Source: Mytilus californianus (lineage: Eukaryota). From it: a DNA stretch of 64,000 nucleotides. The position numbers and the translations under genes were made by a program. Below the pieces are notes generated by a model. That model searched no databases and had not been told where the DNA came from. It saw only the letters and a list, made by a program, of their open reading frames with translations. The stretch spans positions 31,496,001-31,560,000 of the forward strand of contig NW_026262593.1 of the NCBI RefSeq assembly GCF_021869535.1. Reading direction: 5' to 3'. The number at the start of each line of letters is the position of its first letter. Position 1 is the stretch's first letter. Shown here in pieces: positions 1-13,412 of the stretch.

Positions 1-717
1 TTTCATGGACTTTTCCCTTTTTGATTTCGCCTTGGGGTTTGGTATTTGTGTTAATACTTTTTTTATACGTCAATAAAACACAAATCCGACGATATAAGTA
101 ACTAAAAGACATCATCTAGAGCTTAACATATATTTTTCAACAAAAGACATGTTTCTATACAATGTGTCAGGATATAAGTCCTCCTGTATCTCGAATAAAA
201 GTTGCAAATTCAAATTCAAAATTCAAAAGAAACTCACAGATGGTCCGTCTTTATGTTAATACCGATGGAGAAAATTACAGATTTGTGATTTTCTAAAATG
301 TCCTCCTTCATGAATGGATGGAGGGTGTGGGTATCCAAGTTTCGCTGTGAATTTCGAGTTCTTTAGTTGGACAATCTAAATTAAAAAAATCCTAAAAAAG
401 AAAGGGAACAACCAATTTTTTTCTTCAAAATATTTATCTTCAAAAAGATTTGCGTAATTGAGACATGAAAACATGATCATGTTAAGATTTAAAGGTACGA
501 TAATTGAATTCAAACTTCTGATAGCGGCTGTTGATCAAGCATGATCTTTTCGGTTCAGCACGTATAACGTTGAACGTGGAAGATGTATGGGAATTATTTG
601 GGCAGTTGCACGTACGATTCATGCCTTATCTTTAAACGGGTTTAATGGGTATAAAAGAAACTTATCAGTTTAATGGAATTCAATCGTTAAATTGTTTTTT
701 TTTAACTTGCTCCGATA

Positions 718-1796
718 TGCAAGAAAAACACAGCTACCTGTAACATCGTCGGCTGTAAATCACATAATGCAGTCGCTAGACTATATAATGTTCACCGGAG
801 GACAATTTCATGACTCTTAGAATGATATCAGTAATCCGGTTCAAAAGCTGACCGTCAAAGTTCTAGTCGATCTAGGATCACATCAGCAACCCATCTACGT
901 AAAAAGCGTTTACGCGTGTGACGTCCTTATTTTGGCGCAGTACTGAGACACCGGCATCGACTTCCAAGGGTCCGATGGTGCAACAGAGAAAGGTCCTGGG
1001 ACCTGCAATACCGGAAGCGAGGTGATTCAGCGATGAATCAAGATTCATGCTGCAGAGAAGAGATGGCATTACACGCGTCAACAGACACCGGAATGAGAGC
1101 TTCGCAAATAACTCTGTTCTTGAGGTAGACAATTATGTCGTAGGGAGTGTGATGATGTATAGTGCCATATCCAATGACCAAAAAAACTCAACTGGTGAAA
1201 ATCCTCGGCAACCTTAACGCCACTCGTAACAGTGATGAGGTTTTGATACCACCCGTACATGTGCCCGTTATGAACTTCAGTAGGGAAGTTTTGCAACACG
1301 ACAACGCTCAGCCGTACACAGCTAGTGCTACTGTTGACTTTCAAGCCAATCAGGTTGAAACAGTGCTCCCCTGGCCGTCCAAATCACCAGATTTCAACCC
1401 AACAGAATATTTTTGGATAATTTGGAAAAATGCGTTTGTAATCGTAGGTCAGTGCCACAAACTCTGCAAGAACTGCTGCAGTCTCTTGAACAATTATGAG
1501 GCCGAACTCCACAAGACTGTATTCGTCGATTGATCGCGTCTATGCTGATACGTGTCCGTGCTGTGTTACAAACTAAAAGTGGTCACAACATATGTTGACT
1601 TTGAAGTGACGTCATATGAACGCTTTGGACTTCAATGTGGTTAATTTTTTACATTTTTCTGAACATTTAAGTATGAACAACAAGTGTGTAAAATTTCAGT
1701 GTAATGTAATAGTTATTTCTGCATTTGAAAAGATATTGAAAATTTGAAGTAAATTATATTTTTTTCACTGGTTACGTTTCTTTTTTTGGGAGAGTA
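718..1796 (+). mobile_element. Tc1/mariner transposon remnant (frameshifted DD34E transposase plus right terminus)
   Basis: HTH-like VARLYNVHRRTIS near 770-810; FSDESRF (first catalytic D) at 1026; QHDNA and WPSKSPDFNPTE in ORF 1162-1533. The terminus ...gaaagagtata-like tttttttgggagagtata lies at ~1780-1798. The left TIR was not found. Confidence 0.9.
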
Positions 1797-1929
1797 TACA
1801 AATGATATTGTTGGAGGTTTTGTCAGCTGCAAGAACAAACTTGTCTTGTAGAAAAAATAAAGCATCTATAACATCAGGCTGGAAACCCATGTGCTTATTG
1901 TCAGTCGTAGATTTTTAATGCACTAGCTT

Positions 1930-2390
1930 TCATTTATTCAGATAATGTGTCCAATTCTGGTTCATCTTGCTCGCGCTTTATCCATTTTCTGGCATTGTCA
2001 TTAGTTGCATCCATCAGTTACCTGTAGTTCTTCTTCCACTTTATGGACTGGCGAATTGATATTTCAGGATTTTTGGGATAACAGTCCTCTAAGTTATGTG
2101 TTCATTGTATGATGTCAAGGGCTCCAGTAACAACATGACCGGTGGTAGTTTATTTGTATTGGGACGATGAACATGAGCAATCAGGAGGTTTGGATTTTAC
2201 ACATTGAGGGTAAACGTCTCTAATTCCCTTTTGTGGTTGAACATCTTGAATGCAATAGGTTAGATGTTGGTTTGTGAAATGACAGGTGTAGAGTTATTGT
2301 TGAAGTAATTAGGTATTGTTTTGTGCACATATGTTTGCTGGAAATTATTCTAACATTATCTCTAATTAGCAAATTCTGCTTTTTTCCCCA
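1930..2390 (-). pseudogene. Penelope-like element ORF fragment (region N-terminal to RT)
   Basis: Minus-strand translation with stops gives KSKPPDCSCSSSQYK..GHVVTGALDII..SIKWKKN..LMDA..ARKWIKREQDEPELDTLSE. I recognise this as a bivalve Penelope-like ORF segment. Confidence 0.65.
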
Positions 2391-3237
2391 TCTTTAAAAG
2401 TTATTGTCTAAATGTTTTTATAAAAATTGTGTGTTTCGTTATGTATGTTTCTTAATGACGCACGGATACCCTAAAACCAACTTTTTTTCACATTTCAAAA
2501 ACACGAAGCACATTATACAGCATAAGACACGCTACCTTAAAACATAATGATAATGAAGTTAGCAACACAATTGAATGAAATGTAGTCACTTTGTCACAGA
2601 GCATAACGGAGCATTTGATAGTGTACAAAAATAAATACATATTCGTTAATGAGATGTTAACCTTGATATTTGTCTGATTTTAATATGATATAAACTGTTG
2701 TCAAGGTATATTAAATGATTTGTCTAGTACTTCTTCATATATCTAGATCTACTATAATTTTATGTATGTAGCCCTGTAAGGGAATAGCAACAGATAGGAA
2801 AACAGACTATGTTATCTTGATTAACTAAGATAGAAAGTATTTTTTAAAGTTTCTTCCCGCTGAGATGTTTTACGTTATGTAATTCGCTTCTTTGTGGTAT
2901 AAGCACTTTTAATCGACATACCAGTATAGGTACATGTATATGAAACGGTATGCATACTGTTGAATTTGGACCGTTTGTCATATTGGTGCCGCCAACCTTC
3001 AAGCTATGTAGCGTTCATCTAGCTTTTTCAATGCTGAAGATGCATTGATATTATGTGATTCTTATGAAGAATAATGCCCAGATACACTGCTGTATCTGTA
3101 CAGAGGTTAACATATGACCGTTATTTGATTTGGCATGTTAATTGTAGCACTCTCTAATGTCAATAAGGTATACATTTTGTCATTTTCTATTGCTCATTAA
3201 TATTAGTACATGTTATAGTTATTTTTCATTGTTGGAT

Positions 3238-3420
3238 AATCGCCTCGGGAGTCTCGTGATAGCGTGCTCGTTTCGAGTGCAGGACGTCTTGGGTTCCCAG
3301 CCTGGACAATGCAAAGACTTAAAAAAAATGACATTAGTTGCTGCTTCTCTGCTTAACACGTAACATTTAAAAGCAAGATCAATGATTGGTCGGCTCAGAG
3401 TGCGACATGTATTACTATAG
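3238..3420 (+). mobile_element. Degenerate tRNA-headed SINE (probably Meta-domain type)
   Basis: tRNA-like head (tagcgtgctcg..tcgagtgc..gggttc) followed by ttgctgcttctctgcttaacacgtaacatttaaaagcaagatc..ttggtcggctc, which resembles a conserved mollusc SINE body. Confidence 0.6.
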
Positions 3421-4050
3421 ATTACTACCTTGTGAACTATCGCATTAAAGATCCAGCTCTGCGGACAGGTACTGTACAACAGAGGCAAAAGTTACCAATC
3501 AAAAGTCGGAGAAAATCCGACAAAATGCCTGATTTTTTTAAGAATGAAATATTCTTAAAAACTGAGCAATTAAAAGCATTGAACAAAAGCGCAGTTTTAT
3601 CTATGATAATTACAGAATTCTAAAGCTTGTATTCTAAGAGTTTTAATTAAATATAAATTCTATTATCGTTCGACCCTTGGGTTTTGCAAAAAGCACACAC
3701 ATGAATGTCTTCTTTTTTTTTCGTGTGTTCCCAACAAATTCAAAGTCACATTAGCATGATTAGGTTGACTGACATCGTTTTGCTTATCAGAACATTTAAC
3801 AGTTGAAATAGATATAGACATGTCGGATGATGTACATCATCCATAGTAGGAGACGCTTACCCTGTCTATGCATCTTTATTTGTCTCTTTTTGGTCGATGC
3901 TTCAAGATTTTAACATCGATTTACTACTGTCGCATTAATTCATCAGATTGTAAAGACCCAAGAATTCCCTAAGGCATTGAAGATGAAGAAACTCATATCC
4001 TTGCATCACAACCAAACACGGCCTTGAATGACGAAACCCATGCTATTTAT

Positions 4051-4340
4051 AAATGAGAAGATGTGGTATGAGAGCCAACGAGACAACTATCCATCCAAGT
4101 CACAATGTGTAAATAGTAAACAATTATAGGTCAATTTACGGCTTTCAACACGGAGCCTTGTCTCACACCGAACAGCAAGCTATAAAGGGCCCCAAAATGA
4201 CTAGTGTAAAACAATTCAAACAGGGAAACCAACGGTCTAATCTATATAAAAAACAAGAAACGAGAAACACTTATGAACCACACCAACAAACGACAACCAC
4301 TGAACAACGGGCTCCTGACTTAGGACAGGTGCATAAACAT
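4051..4340 (+). repeat. Dispersed ~0.3 kb repeat family copy (agatgtggtatg...ctcctgacttaggacaggtgca)
   Basis: Near-identical copy at 9345-9630; reverse copies at 13030-13412 and 15960-16330; partial copies at ~61150-61310 and 61568-61725. Confidence 0.9.
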
Positions 4341-7300
4341 ATAAATCCTTTTGGCTGTGCAGGATGTATAAATTCGAGGCTTTTCTGTCCCTATCCAACA
4401 TACCTTGATTTCAAGCGGCAGTAATCATTCTTCTTTTTTATCCGGGTCAATCCATTTTAGAACTTACTTCTTTGAATTATTATCTATTTGTTCTCGTCCT
4501 GAATATCCATGAAATATTTGCCACTGAATGCAAACAAACAACAATCAGTCAATAAAAAAACAGGCTTCTTTTTCTCTGCTTCATATTACACGCTTCTGTT
4601 TTGAATCTAGATTTTCCAAAGATTAGTTTGTAAACTTTGTTCTATTGTAAGAAAAATTTGTCCTTCTGCCATCAAGACAATAAGATCATATAATAACTTT
4701 CTGAACTACAGAGTGACTACATACCTAACGTAGTGTTACATTTTAATGTTGTGTTTCTGTTGTGTCGTAGTTCTCCTCTTATATTTGATGTGTTTCCCTC
4801 AGTTTTAGTTTGTAACCCGGATTTGTTTTTTCTCAATCGATTTATGAATTTCGAACAGCGGTATACTACTGTTGCCTTTATTTTCCCAAAAACATACAAA
4901 CTTTCTCAGCTGGTTTTTGAAGAATAAACTCAATTTTACCGATGTTATTTTTCTTTTGGTCATATGCATCTAAATGATAATTATCTTTTTTTTTAACAAA
5001 TTTCTGAATCTGAACAGGCAATTTTTTGAATTTAGAAATGACTAGGAATTTTTAGGTTTTTTATATAATGCCTGTCAAGATAAGGCATTTTATAAATTGC
5101 CGGGAAATTCAGTCATTTTATAAAATGCATGTAAAATATAGACAACTAGAGGTTTCAAGGAGTTCGACAATCGCTCTGCTTGTGGAATAATCTTATGAAG
5201 CTTCTTTTCATAACGTTGTATAAGGTAAATTCTAATATGACGTGCTGTTTTCGCTTTGTAAACAACAGTGTTATAAAATTCTCGATATATCAATGTTTAG
5301 CTCAGACTCACAGACATACATATTTATGGCTGTTACAGTTAAACTCCAATGTAAATTTAAATGTATCGTAACCTATGTGCAGACGCTATCTCGATTTCGC
5401 TGTGTTAAAATTGATATTGAAAAAAAAAAATTACAGAACTGTTATTCATATTTTCTTAATTTAATCGTCTAGCTTTTGCTTCATCATCAGTGCTTTCTCG
5501 TATAATTATGCATGCATTGGTATGCACAGGTATAATATTTTGCAGTTAATTTAAGAACTGTTGTTGAAATGCGAAAGAATATAAATTCTGTATGATCTTT
5601 ACTTTTTAAAAAAAATATATCTATAGAATTGTGTTTGTCATCCATATTTGCTATTTTTGTATGTTATTCATTTCTAATTCAAATTCTATATCAAATAGTA
5701 TTTTTACTTAAAGACGTCAAATAATTTGAAAAAGGTGTAACTTTATAATCACTTAAACTATAAACCTATTGAACATATGAATATAATCTAAAGTATGATC
5801 TACTAAACAACACGCAATCTGTATATGTAATACATGTACATCTGCTTTATAATAGATAATTAGTTGTTCTACCGTTAACTATTGTACAGCTCGTTTCTGT
5901 ACCTAAATCCGATATGGGGCAGGTGTTACATTGTAATACTATTGGTAATCAGATAAACAAAATGGCGAGAAATCGTTTTCTTTAAAACATAATAGCCTCC
6001 GTCAACAGGGTAATACACAAGCGCAAATGTTGTAAAAAAAGAGTAAAAGAGTTTTGATTCACTAGTATATTGATTTTTGAATTGATTTTCCTTTAATTGA
6101 TTTTCCTTATTGTCATTGAAGACTTCTACCTCATTATAAGTTTCCCTCTAGCATTTGGCTGTATATGATAAGAAATGTTTCGTGGGACTATACTTTCCTC
6201 AATTTATTGATTATCGTGTAGATTAGTATATTTAGATTTGTCAGATTTGATGCTTCCGAGCAAAGTATTGATGGAAACTTTAAAATCAGATTTTAAAAAA
6301 TATAATAACCAGATTTACCTACTGTACTTTTTAATTTTACTAAGCAATGATGTGAGTGAACGTCTTGTCTTAAACCTCTATTACATTTTCCTCTTTGAGG
6401 TTGTTAAGCGATACATATGTAATATTTAGCAAGATAAATGTCTATTTTTCAAGACAGAAAAGAAAATTATCGAGTTAGTGTACATTGTAATGTTTCTCAC
6501 ATTGTTTTTTTTATAAATAGATACTCTACCATAATTTCGTCCGCCTTTTAGTATTTTTTATTACAACAAATCAGATCACAATTTGGTCGACATTTGACCA
6601 CGTTACTACAACACTAATGATATCGTTCCATTTTGATATTAAGTTAGACAAAATGAATCATCTCTTTTATCGATTCTTAATCTGTCAGTGTTCCACATTG
6701 ATAATTTAATGAATGGGATTGGTGTTTAAGGTTTTGTCACAATTCTTTTTTGAAAACACGAGTTTTGCAAGAAAGGCCAACACATTAATCGCATTTATGC
6801 ATAGATACATCACTAGTGCCGGGACTCCTTTTTAGTCGATTGAGGTAAACATCATCGTAGAACATGTTGTTTATCAACATAAGAGCAGGCAGAATATGGA
6901 TTGATTTGTGATCACAACTTAACCCGGTAGTTTCCTTTCGCTATGAATAATACGTCATCAATGTCTGTTCTTGATAGAACTGTTAAGACAAAAGTATCAC
7001 AGTTTTCGATGTCTCTGTAACTGTTGTAATAGAAATTCTTCAAATGAATTACTGTGAAAATTTTATATAACACTCGTATCTGTAAGCTTCAATAGATGTA
7101 GCGTTACAGACATCTAGCTAGGAATTTGAATCAAACTCGTGCTGAAGGCTATCTTAAGCATGACGGGAGGACTGTGATCGTTCGTCCCAATTTGATGGCA
7201 TCGTTGTCTGTTTTTGATATAAATGACAATGGCTGTTCTTTGTTTTTGATATGTTAGATTTAGGCATATACAGAATCCAGAGATTAATCGAAGTATGTTG

Positions 7301-7509
7301 GGTGAAAACTGACACTGATTAGCCTGCGGAATTTTATTGGGTGTATTCATGATATCGAACAATATTAAAGTTTTCAGATACATGTATGTGTCATTGGATC
7401 AAGCGAGTATGTAACTGTCATCTAGTTTGATGTTATTTTTAATTTGACTGCTTGAATGAATGACATCACTCAACCAGCATTGTTTTAATAATAACTTAAT
7501 GAGATGATT

Positions 7510-7850
7510 AAAGGCTGTAAATTTTCTCTATGACAACATTTATATACGTTTTGGCAATAAAGTTTATCGACAGGTTGTAGGTATTCCTATGGGCACCAGT
7601 TTCGCCCTTTTAATAGTAGACTTGTACCCGAACTGTTATGGATCACTATTTATGACCAAAACTCAGAGGAGACAGTTACTGTTAACTTGATGATATTTTT
7701 CGATGATTTTTTGTTCCCTATTGTTAATTTTCCAGTTTTGGACGGATATGTTCCTTTAGCACCGTTTTACGGTGTTTATAAACCCCAACTCATTCGATAT
7801 GCCAATGTCTGTATTGACGTTGTGAGTCAGAAATATTTAAAGATAGTAAC
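7510..7850 (+). pseudogene. Penelope-like RT fragment with internal deletion
   Basis: FLYDNIYIRFGNKVYRQVVGIPMGT joined to DDFLFPIVNFPVLDGYVPLAPFYGVYKPQLIRYANVC; the YxDD region is missing. Confidence 0.85.
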
Positions 7851-9035
7851 TATATTTTATTTTCAGACATGCAACACATATTCCTTTAATTATTTTTTTG
7901 CGGAACCAAATAAAACACTTTTTTACCGTCATATTGGAATTAACACGATTAAGGCTAGATTTATTATTCATAATCATATATATATATATACGCCCCAACT
8001 TAGAGAATCAAGTTGCTGAGTAGAACGTAAACCAACTCAAGCAACCGAAAGCCATAATACGCAGGACAAATAATATCATGAAGAATATTTTGGAAAAAGT
8101 TGGAAGTTCCTGAGTCGGGATACATTTTGCTACTTAGCATTTCGTTTACGCTAGGGTGCTTATGTGAAACAGTCCTCTAAAGTTTGATATTCTATAAAGG
8201 TTTGAAAATTTTCAAGTCCAGAGAAAGATCCAAAGGTTTCAATTATGTTAAGTGCATACTTTATTTCATTTTTAGAATTAAAAAAAAACAGAATTTTGTC
8301 ATCTGCTAGTTGTGAGATTTTTAGGCTATGAGGGTTTTTTTATCGATTTTTATTTGTTTTCCTTTCATATCATTAGAGTCTCTTATTCTGCAAGCAAGTA
8401 ATTCAACTGATATAATAAACAAATGTCAAAGGTTTCTGAAAACTACCAATTATTTAAGATAAGTTCTTTTATGTCATGATTTAGGGTTTTGACCCACCTC
8501 TGAAATGATTCATTAAATCCAAATTTCTGTAATGATTACAACATAAAATCCTATTCCAGTGAATCAAAAGCTTTAGAAAAGTCAATAAATAATATATAGC
8601 TCCTCCAATATCAAAATTTTCAAAATATCCTATAATGTTTTTTATTCGACGAACGTTAAATACTATATACGAGTGCAATATAATATTTGAAGTTGAAAAA
8701 ATGGGCCTTTTTCGGAAATTTTAATTTAGAGCTTTTTCCCGCGTAAAGCTGAAAAAAATCTAAATCTATGAAAAGGCAATTGTTGCTGTTTATGTCAGAT
8801 CTATTTAAAGTAAGTTCCCTTTGAAATTTCAACAGTATATTAGGAGTTTTCTTGATTATTTAACGAAAAAATATCATCAAGATAACGGTAGGCATTGCTG
8901 AATTTATCAATTAAATGAAATTTAGACAATTATTTACCCATAACAGTACAGTAACACGTGCTATTGGTGCCCATGGTTATACTCATGGCAATACCTATAA
9001 CCGGTCGATAAAAATCTTTATTGCCGAAACATACA
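7795..9035. repeat. Left arm of ~1.25 kb inverted repeat
   Basis: Reverse complement aligns by eye along its whole length with 11525-12810, e.g. gaatcaagttgctgagtagaacg at ~8005 vs cgttctactcagcaacttgattc at ~12585. Confidence 0.9.
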
Positions 9036-9344
9036 TTTGTTGGTGAGAAATGAATATGCTATTGCTGAAAAGTCGAGTTAAAATTCGAATACACAACATG
9101 TGTGCGATAAATTCGCCTGCTAATATGGAAGGGCGCCAGCACACAAATAAATACATCTTCTAGGTCAGCAACAATGGCAAGATAGAACGTTTTTTGTTTT
9201 ACTCTAAGCCTCAGGTAAAGTTCAGATATTTAAAAAAATGAAATTGATAATGTCAAAACCTTGTTACTCTATAATGGTGAAAAATTGTCCTCAACCTCTC
9301 AAAATCTATTATTTTATGAAATAGAAATGACCCCAAAAAAAAAA

Positions 9345-9630
9345 ATAAAAAGATGTGGTATGAGTGCCATTGAGGCAACTCTCCATCCAAGTCCCAATAT
9401 ATATATAAAAAGTTAACAATTATAGTTCAAAGTACGGCCTTCAACACGGAGCATTGGCTCACACCGAACAGCAAGTCATAAAGGGCCCCAAAATGACTAG
9501 TGTAAAACAATTCAAACAGGAAAACCAACGGTATAATCTTTATAAAAAACGAGAAACGAGAAACACCGATGAACCACACCAACAAACGACAACCACTGAA
9601 CAACAGGCTCCTGACTTAGGAGAGGTGCAT
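9345..9630 (+). repeat. Dispersed ~0.3 kb repeat family copy
   Basis: Matches 4051-4340. Confidence 0.9.
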
Positions 9631-9677
9631 AAAAAAGATTGGACAGGAGGAGGTGTGATATTGATATGTAACATTAA

Positions 9678-10449
9678 GGATGTGCACCTCCTAGGAGCCA
9701 AAAATTTCTAGAATTAAACTTTTTTTCTTAACCTGATATTTTGATTTATATGACTGTAAGAAAGTAATTGATGAAGAAAAAATCATATTGTTGCGCACTC
9801 CTTTTTTGTTATGGCCATTTGAAAGTATCCCATTTTTAATGATTTTCCCATTTTTCATCAATTTTTACCAATGTTTGGGCTATTATCATGAAAAAAATCA
9901 CAGTTCTACAATTAAACTTTTTTTCATACTTTCACTAAAGATGAAGTGGACCAATCTGAATAAATTTAACATAAAAAAACTATAGGTTGGTGTTAATGTT
10001 AGAACGTTTTATAAGATTTTGTTGCTTTTTCGTGTCAAATTGACCATGCTGTTAATTTTGAAAATTTGGGATTTTTCTCATTTTTTTTAGAACAAAAAGC
10101 ACACTATTTCAACTTCTTTGTTATATATGATTAAAAAAAATACATATCTAAGAATTTTGAAAAGAAAAAAAAAATGATATGGGATGCACATATTAATGGT
10201 AAAATCATTTCTTGGTACCATTACCCATTTTCTCAACATTTTGGCTGATGACACTGACCGGATTGGTTTTAAAATTTGAAAATTTTATTACTCAAAAACT
10301 ACTTATTGTAAGTACACAATTTTTTCACAGAGTTTAGCTTGGTTGTAATATTTTTTGAATTCATTGATATTTTCCACTTGTATCACATTTTTTGGAAATA
10401 ATTCCAGAACGAGATTTCAACGAGACTGAAACATCAGAAAAAAACATCC
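9678..10449. mobile_element. Non-autonomous TIR element with TTAA target (Kolobok-like)
   Basis: TTAA|GGATGT...ACATCC|(c)tcaa; inverted second copy at 25159-25908. Confidence 0.65.
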
Positions 10450-11529
10450 CTCAAGTGATTTTTATACATACTTTTTGGACATAATAGATATGAGCAAAGG
10501 ATTTACCCAAAAAAGATCTTTCACACACTTTTGTAAAATTCATATTGTAACACACATCTTTTTGGGTAATGCCGTTGTTGATATCTAAGTATTTATTACA
10601 AGACATCAAAATGAGACTTTTTGGACAGTTTTTACAGTTTTGCACTAAATTCAGGAAGTTTAAAGTCCTAATACAAACATGTCAGACTAAATTTAAAAGA
10701 GATACCGATGGTTGACAGACTTGTGTCGTATAAACATTTGAAGCAAGTTGTTTGGTAAATGTATAATACTTTTTGACCTTCGAATTCAAAAGGTCAAACG
10801 TCATTAGACAAAATTTGTATTGCTGCTTTATTTTGGCGATTTTCAAGGACTTGTGATTCTATTGCTTCTACTTCTCATTATTTTACAAAAATAAAATGTG
10901 CTGTTTCGACATTGAGTTCAAAATTAATAAGTTCCAAAAAATCTCCTCCGCTTTTAAAAAATAATACTTCTTTAGTATTGCTGAAAAAAGTATCAATTCA
11001 ATTTAATTAAAGCTAGGAATGCTTTGACGAATCTGTGAACCTTTCAATCTTAAACACTTTAAAACATGTCTTGACATCGTTGAAGACTAACGCATGTTCT
11101 GGTATTAAAATACAATAGAAACATTTTAAAAGTGGACATATCTTTAAATAGCTACCTGTATAGATACTAGCTTGTCCGAAATTCATGCGCGATTATGTCC
11201 TTTATTCTAGACACGAGGTAATAACATATTTACTTAATTGATTGGCTCAATGAAATGGTACACTTTTTTCACTTTGTCGAAAACTTTGCTTTGTAAATAC
11301 AATTTAATAACTCATAAGCAACCAATACTTTTTTTATTTTTTCTAAAATGAAAAACAATTTATTTCAAAGCCTAACAATACAGAAAGTATATTGTAAGTG
11401 AAGAATTCTGAATTGCCTGACAGGTACATAATATGTTTTCAAAATGAACTAAGTTGACAAATATTGGTTTTTAAAGAACTAAGGATGCTGAATGTTTTGA
11501 AAGTCTTAGAGAAATAAACACGATGTATG

Positions 11530-11810
11530 TTTCGGCAATAAAGATTTTATTGACCGGTTGTAGGTATAACCATGGGCACCAATTTTTCCCATACATAGCA
11601 GACATGTTACTCTATTGTTATGAGTAAATAATTGTCTAAATTTCATTTAATTGATAAATTCAACAATGCCTACCGTTATCTTGATATTTCTTCGATAAAT
11701 AATCAAGAATTTTCTCTATATACTGTTGAAATTTACTCAAGGGAACTTACTTTAAATAGATCTGACATAAACAGCAATAATTGCCTTTTCATTTAGATTT
11801 TTCAGTTTTA
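11530..11810 (+). pseudogene. Penelope-like RT fragment
   Basis: FGNK..VVGITMGTN..ADMLLYCYE..KFHLIDKFNNAYRYLD..EIYSRELTLNRSD; mirrored on the minus strand at ~8760-9035. Confidence 0.8.
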
Positions 11811-11899
11811 CGCGGGAAAAAGCTCTAAACTAAATTTTCCGAAAAAAGGGCCATTTTTTTTCAACTTCAAATATTATATTCCACTCGTATAAAGGATTT

Positions 11900-12390
11900 A
11901 ACGTATGTCAAATACAAGACATTATAGATTATTCTGAAAATTTTAATATTGAAGGAGCTATATATTATCTATTGACTTTTCTAAAGCATTTGATTCACTG
12001 GAATGGGATTTTATGTTGGAATCATTAAGGAAGTATGGAGATAATGAATCGTTTTAGAAGTGGGTCAAAACCCTATATCATAGCATAAAAGAATTTTTAT
12101 CTTAAATAATGGGTAGATTTCAGAAACCTTTGATATTGAACGCGGAATTCGGCAAGGATGTCCTTTAAGCGCTTAATGTTTGTTTTATCAGTTGAATTAC
12201 TTGCTTGCAGAATAAGAGACTCTAATGATATAAAAGGAATACAAATCAAAATCGAGAAAAAAAACCCTCATAGCCTAAAATTCTCAAAACTAGTAGATGA
12301 CATAACTCTTTTTTTTATATTCTGAAGATGAAATAAAGTATGCACTTAACATAATTGAAACCTTTAAAATTGGATCTTTCTCTGGACTTG
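11900..12390 (+). pseudogene. Tx1/L1-clade non-LTR RT fragment
   Basis: QDIIDYSENFNIEGAILSIDFSKAFDSLEWDFM..ETFDIERGIRQGCPLSA..VELLACRIR..DDITLF; partly mirrored at ~8200-8690 (-). Confidence 0.88.
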
Positions 12391-13029
12391 AAAATTTTCA
12401 AACCTTTATAGAATATCAAACTTTAGTGGACTGTTTCACATAAGCACCCTAGCGTAAACGAAATGCTAAGTAGCAAAATGTATTCCGACTCAGGAACTTC
12501 CAACTTTTTCCATAATATTCTTGATGCTTGATGATATAATTTGTCCTGCATATTATGGCTTTCGGTTGCTTGAGCTGGTTAACGTTCTACTCAGCAACTT
12601 GATTCTCTAAGTCGGGGCGAATATATATAATTATGAATGATAAATCTAGCCTTAATCGTGTTAGTTCCAATTTGACGGTAAGAAATTTTATTTGGTTCCG
12701 CCAAAAAATAATCAAAAGTATATGTGTTACGTGTCTGAAAATTGAAATATAATTACTATCTCTAAATATTTGTGATTAAAATCTTCAATACAGACACGGG
12801 CATAGCGAAAGAGTTGGGATATCAGAAATTCATAAAAAAAATCAACTAATCGGAGCTTATTCTAATAGATATAAACTAGTTACCAAAGTTTGTTTGAGAT
12901 CTGCTTAAAGCATTATTGAGTAATTATCCGAAAACTGGAAAATCCCCCCTTTTTTATGAATAAAATCCCATAAACCGGAAACGTAAAATCTAAAATTTAT
13001 AATTATCGAAAGAGAGCTTCCTTAATAGA

Positions 13030-13412
13030 TATATGTGTCTTTCTATGTTGTGATGTTACACTATTGTTTCGGAAAAAGGGTGAAGGTTTGGTACCATTAA
13101 AACGTTTAAACCCGCTGCATTTGTTTGCACCTGTCCTTAGCCAGGAATCTGATGTTCAGTAGTTGTCGTTTGTTGATGTGGTTCATAAGTGTTTCTCGTT
13201 TCTCGTTTTTTATATAGATTAGACCGTTGGTTTTCCCGTTTGAATGGTTTTACACTAGTAATTTTTGGAGCCCTTTATAGCTTACTGTTCGATGTGAGCC
13301 AAGGCTCCGTGTTGAAGACCGTACTGTGACCTATAATGGTTTACTTTTATAAATTTTGACTTGGATGGAGAGTTGTCTCGTTGGCACTCATACCACATCT
13401 TCTTATATCTAT
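13030..13412 (-). repeat. Dispersed repeat family copy (reverse)
   Basis: Reverse complement of 4051-4340 with an extension. Confidence 0.88.

Larger units (their letters stand above)
11525..12810. repeat. Right arm of ~1.25 kb inverted repeat
   Basis: Reverse complement of 7795-9035 with scattered substitutions and indels. Confidence 0.9.

Noticed and set aside
4158-4424. ORFs at 4158-4424, 9454-9711 and 13282-13488 with similar peptides
   Set aside because: Incidental frames within copies of one non-coding dispersed repeat.
7114-7383. ORF with NDHSPPVMLKI resembling the end of a LINE endonuclease
   Set aside because: Only one short motif; no other EEP motifs could be recovered by eye.
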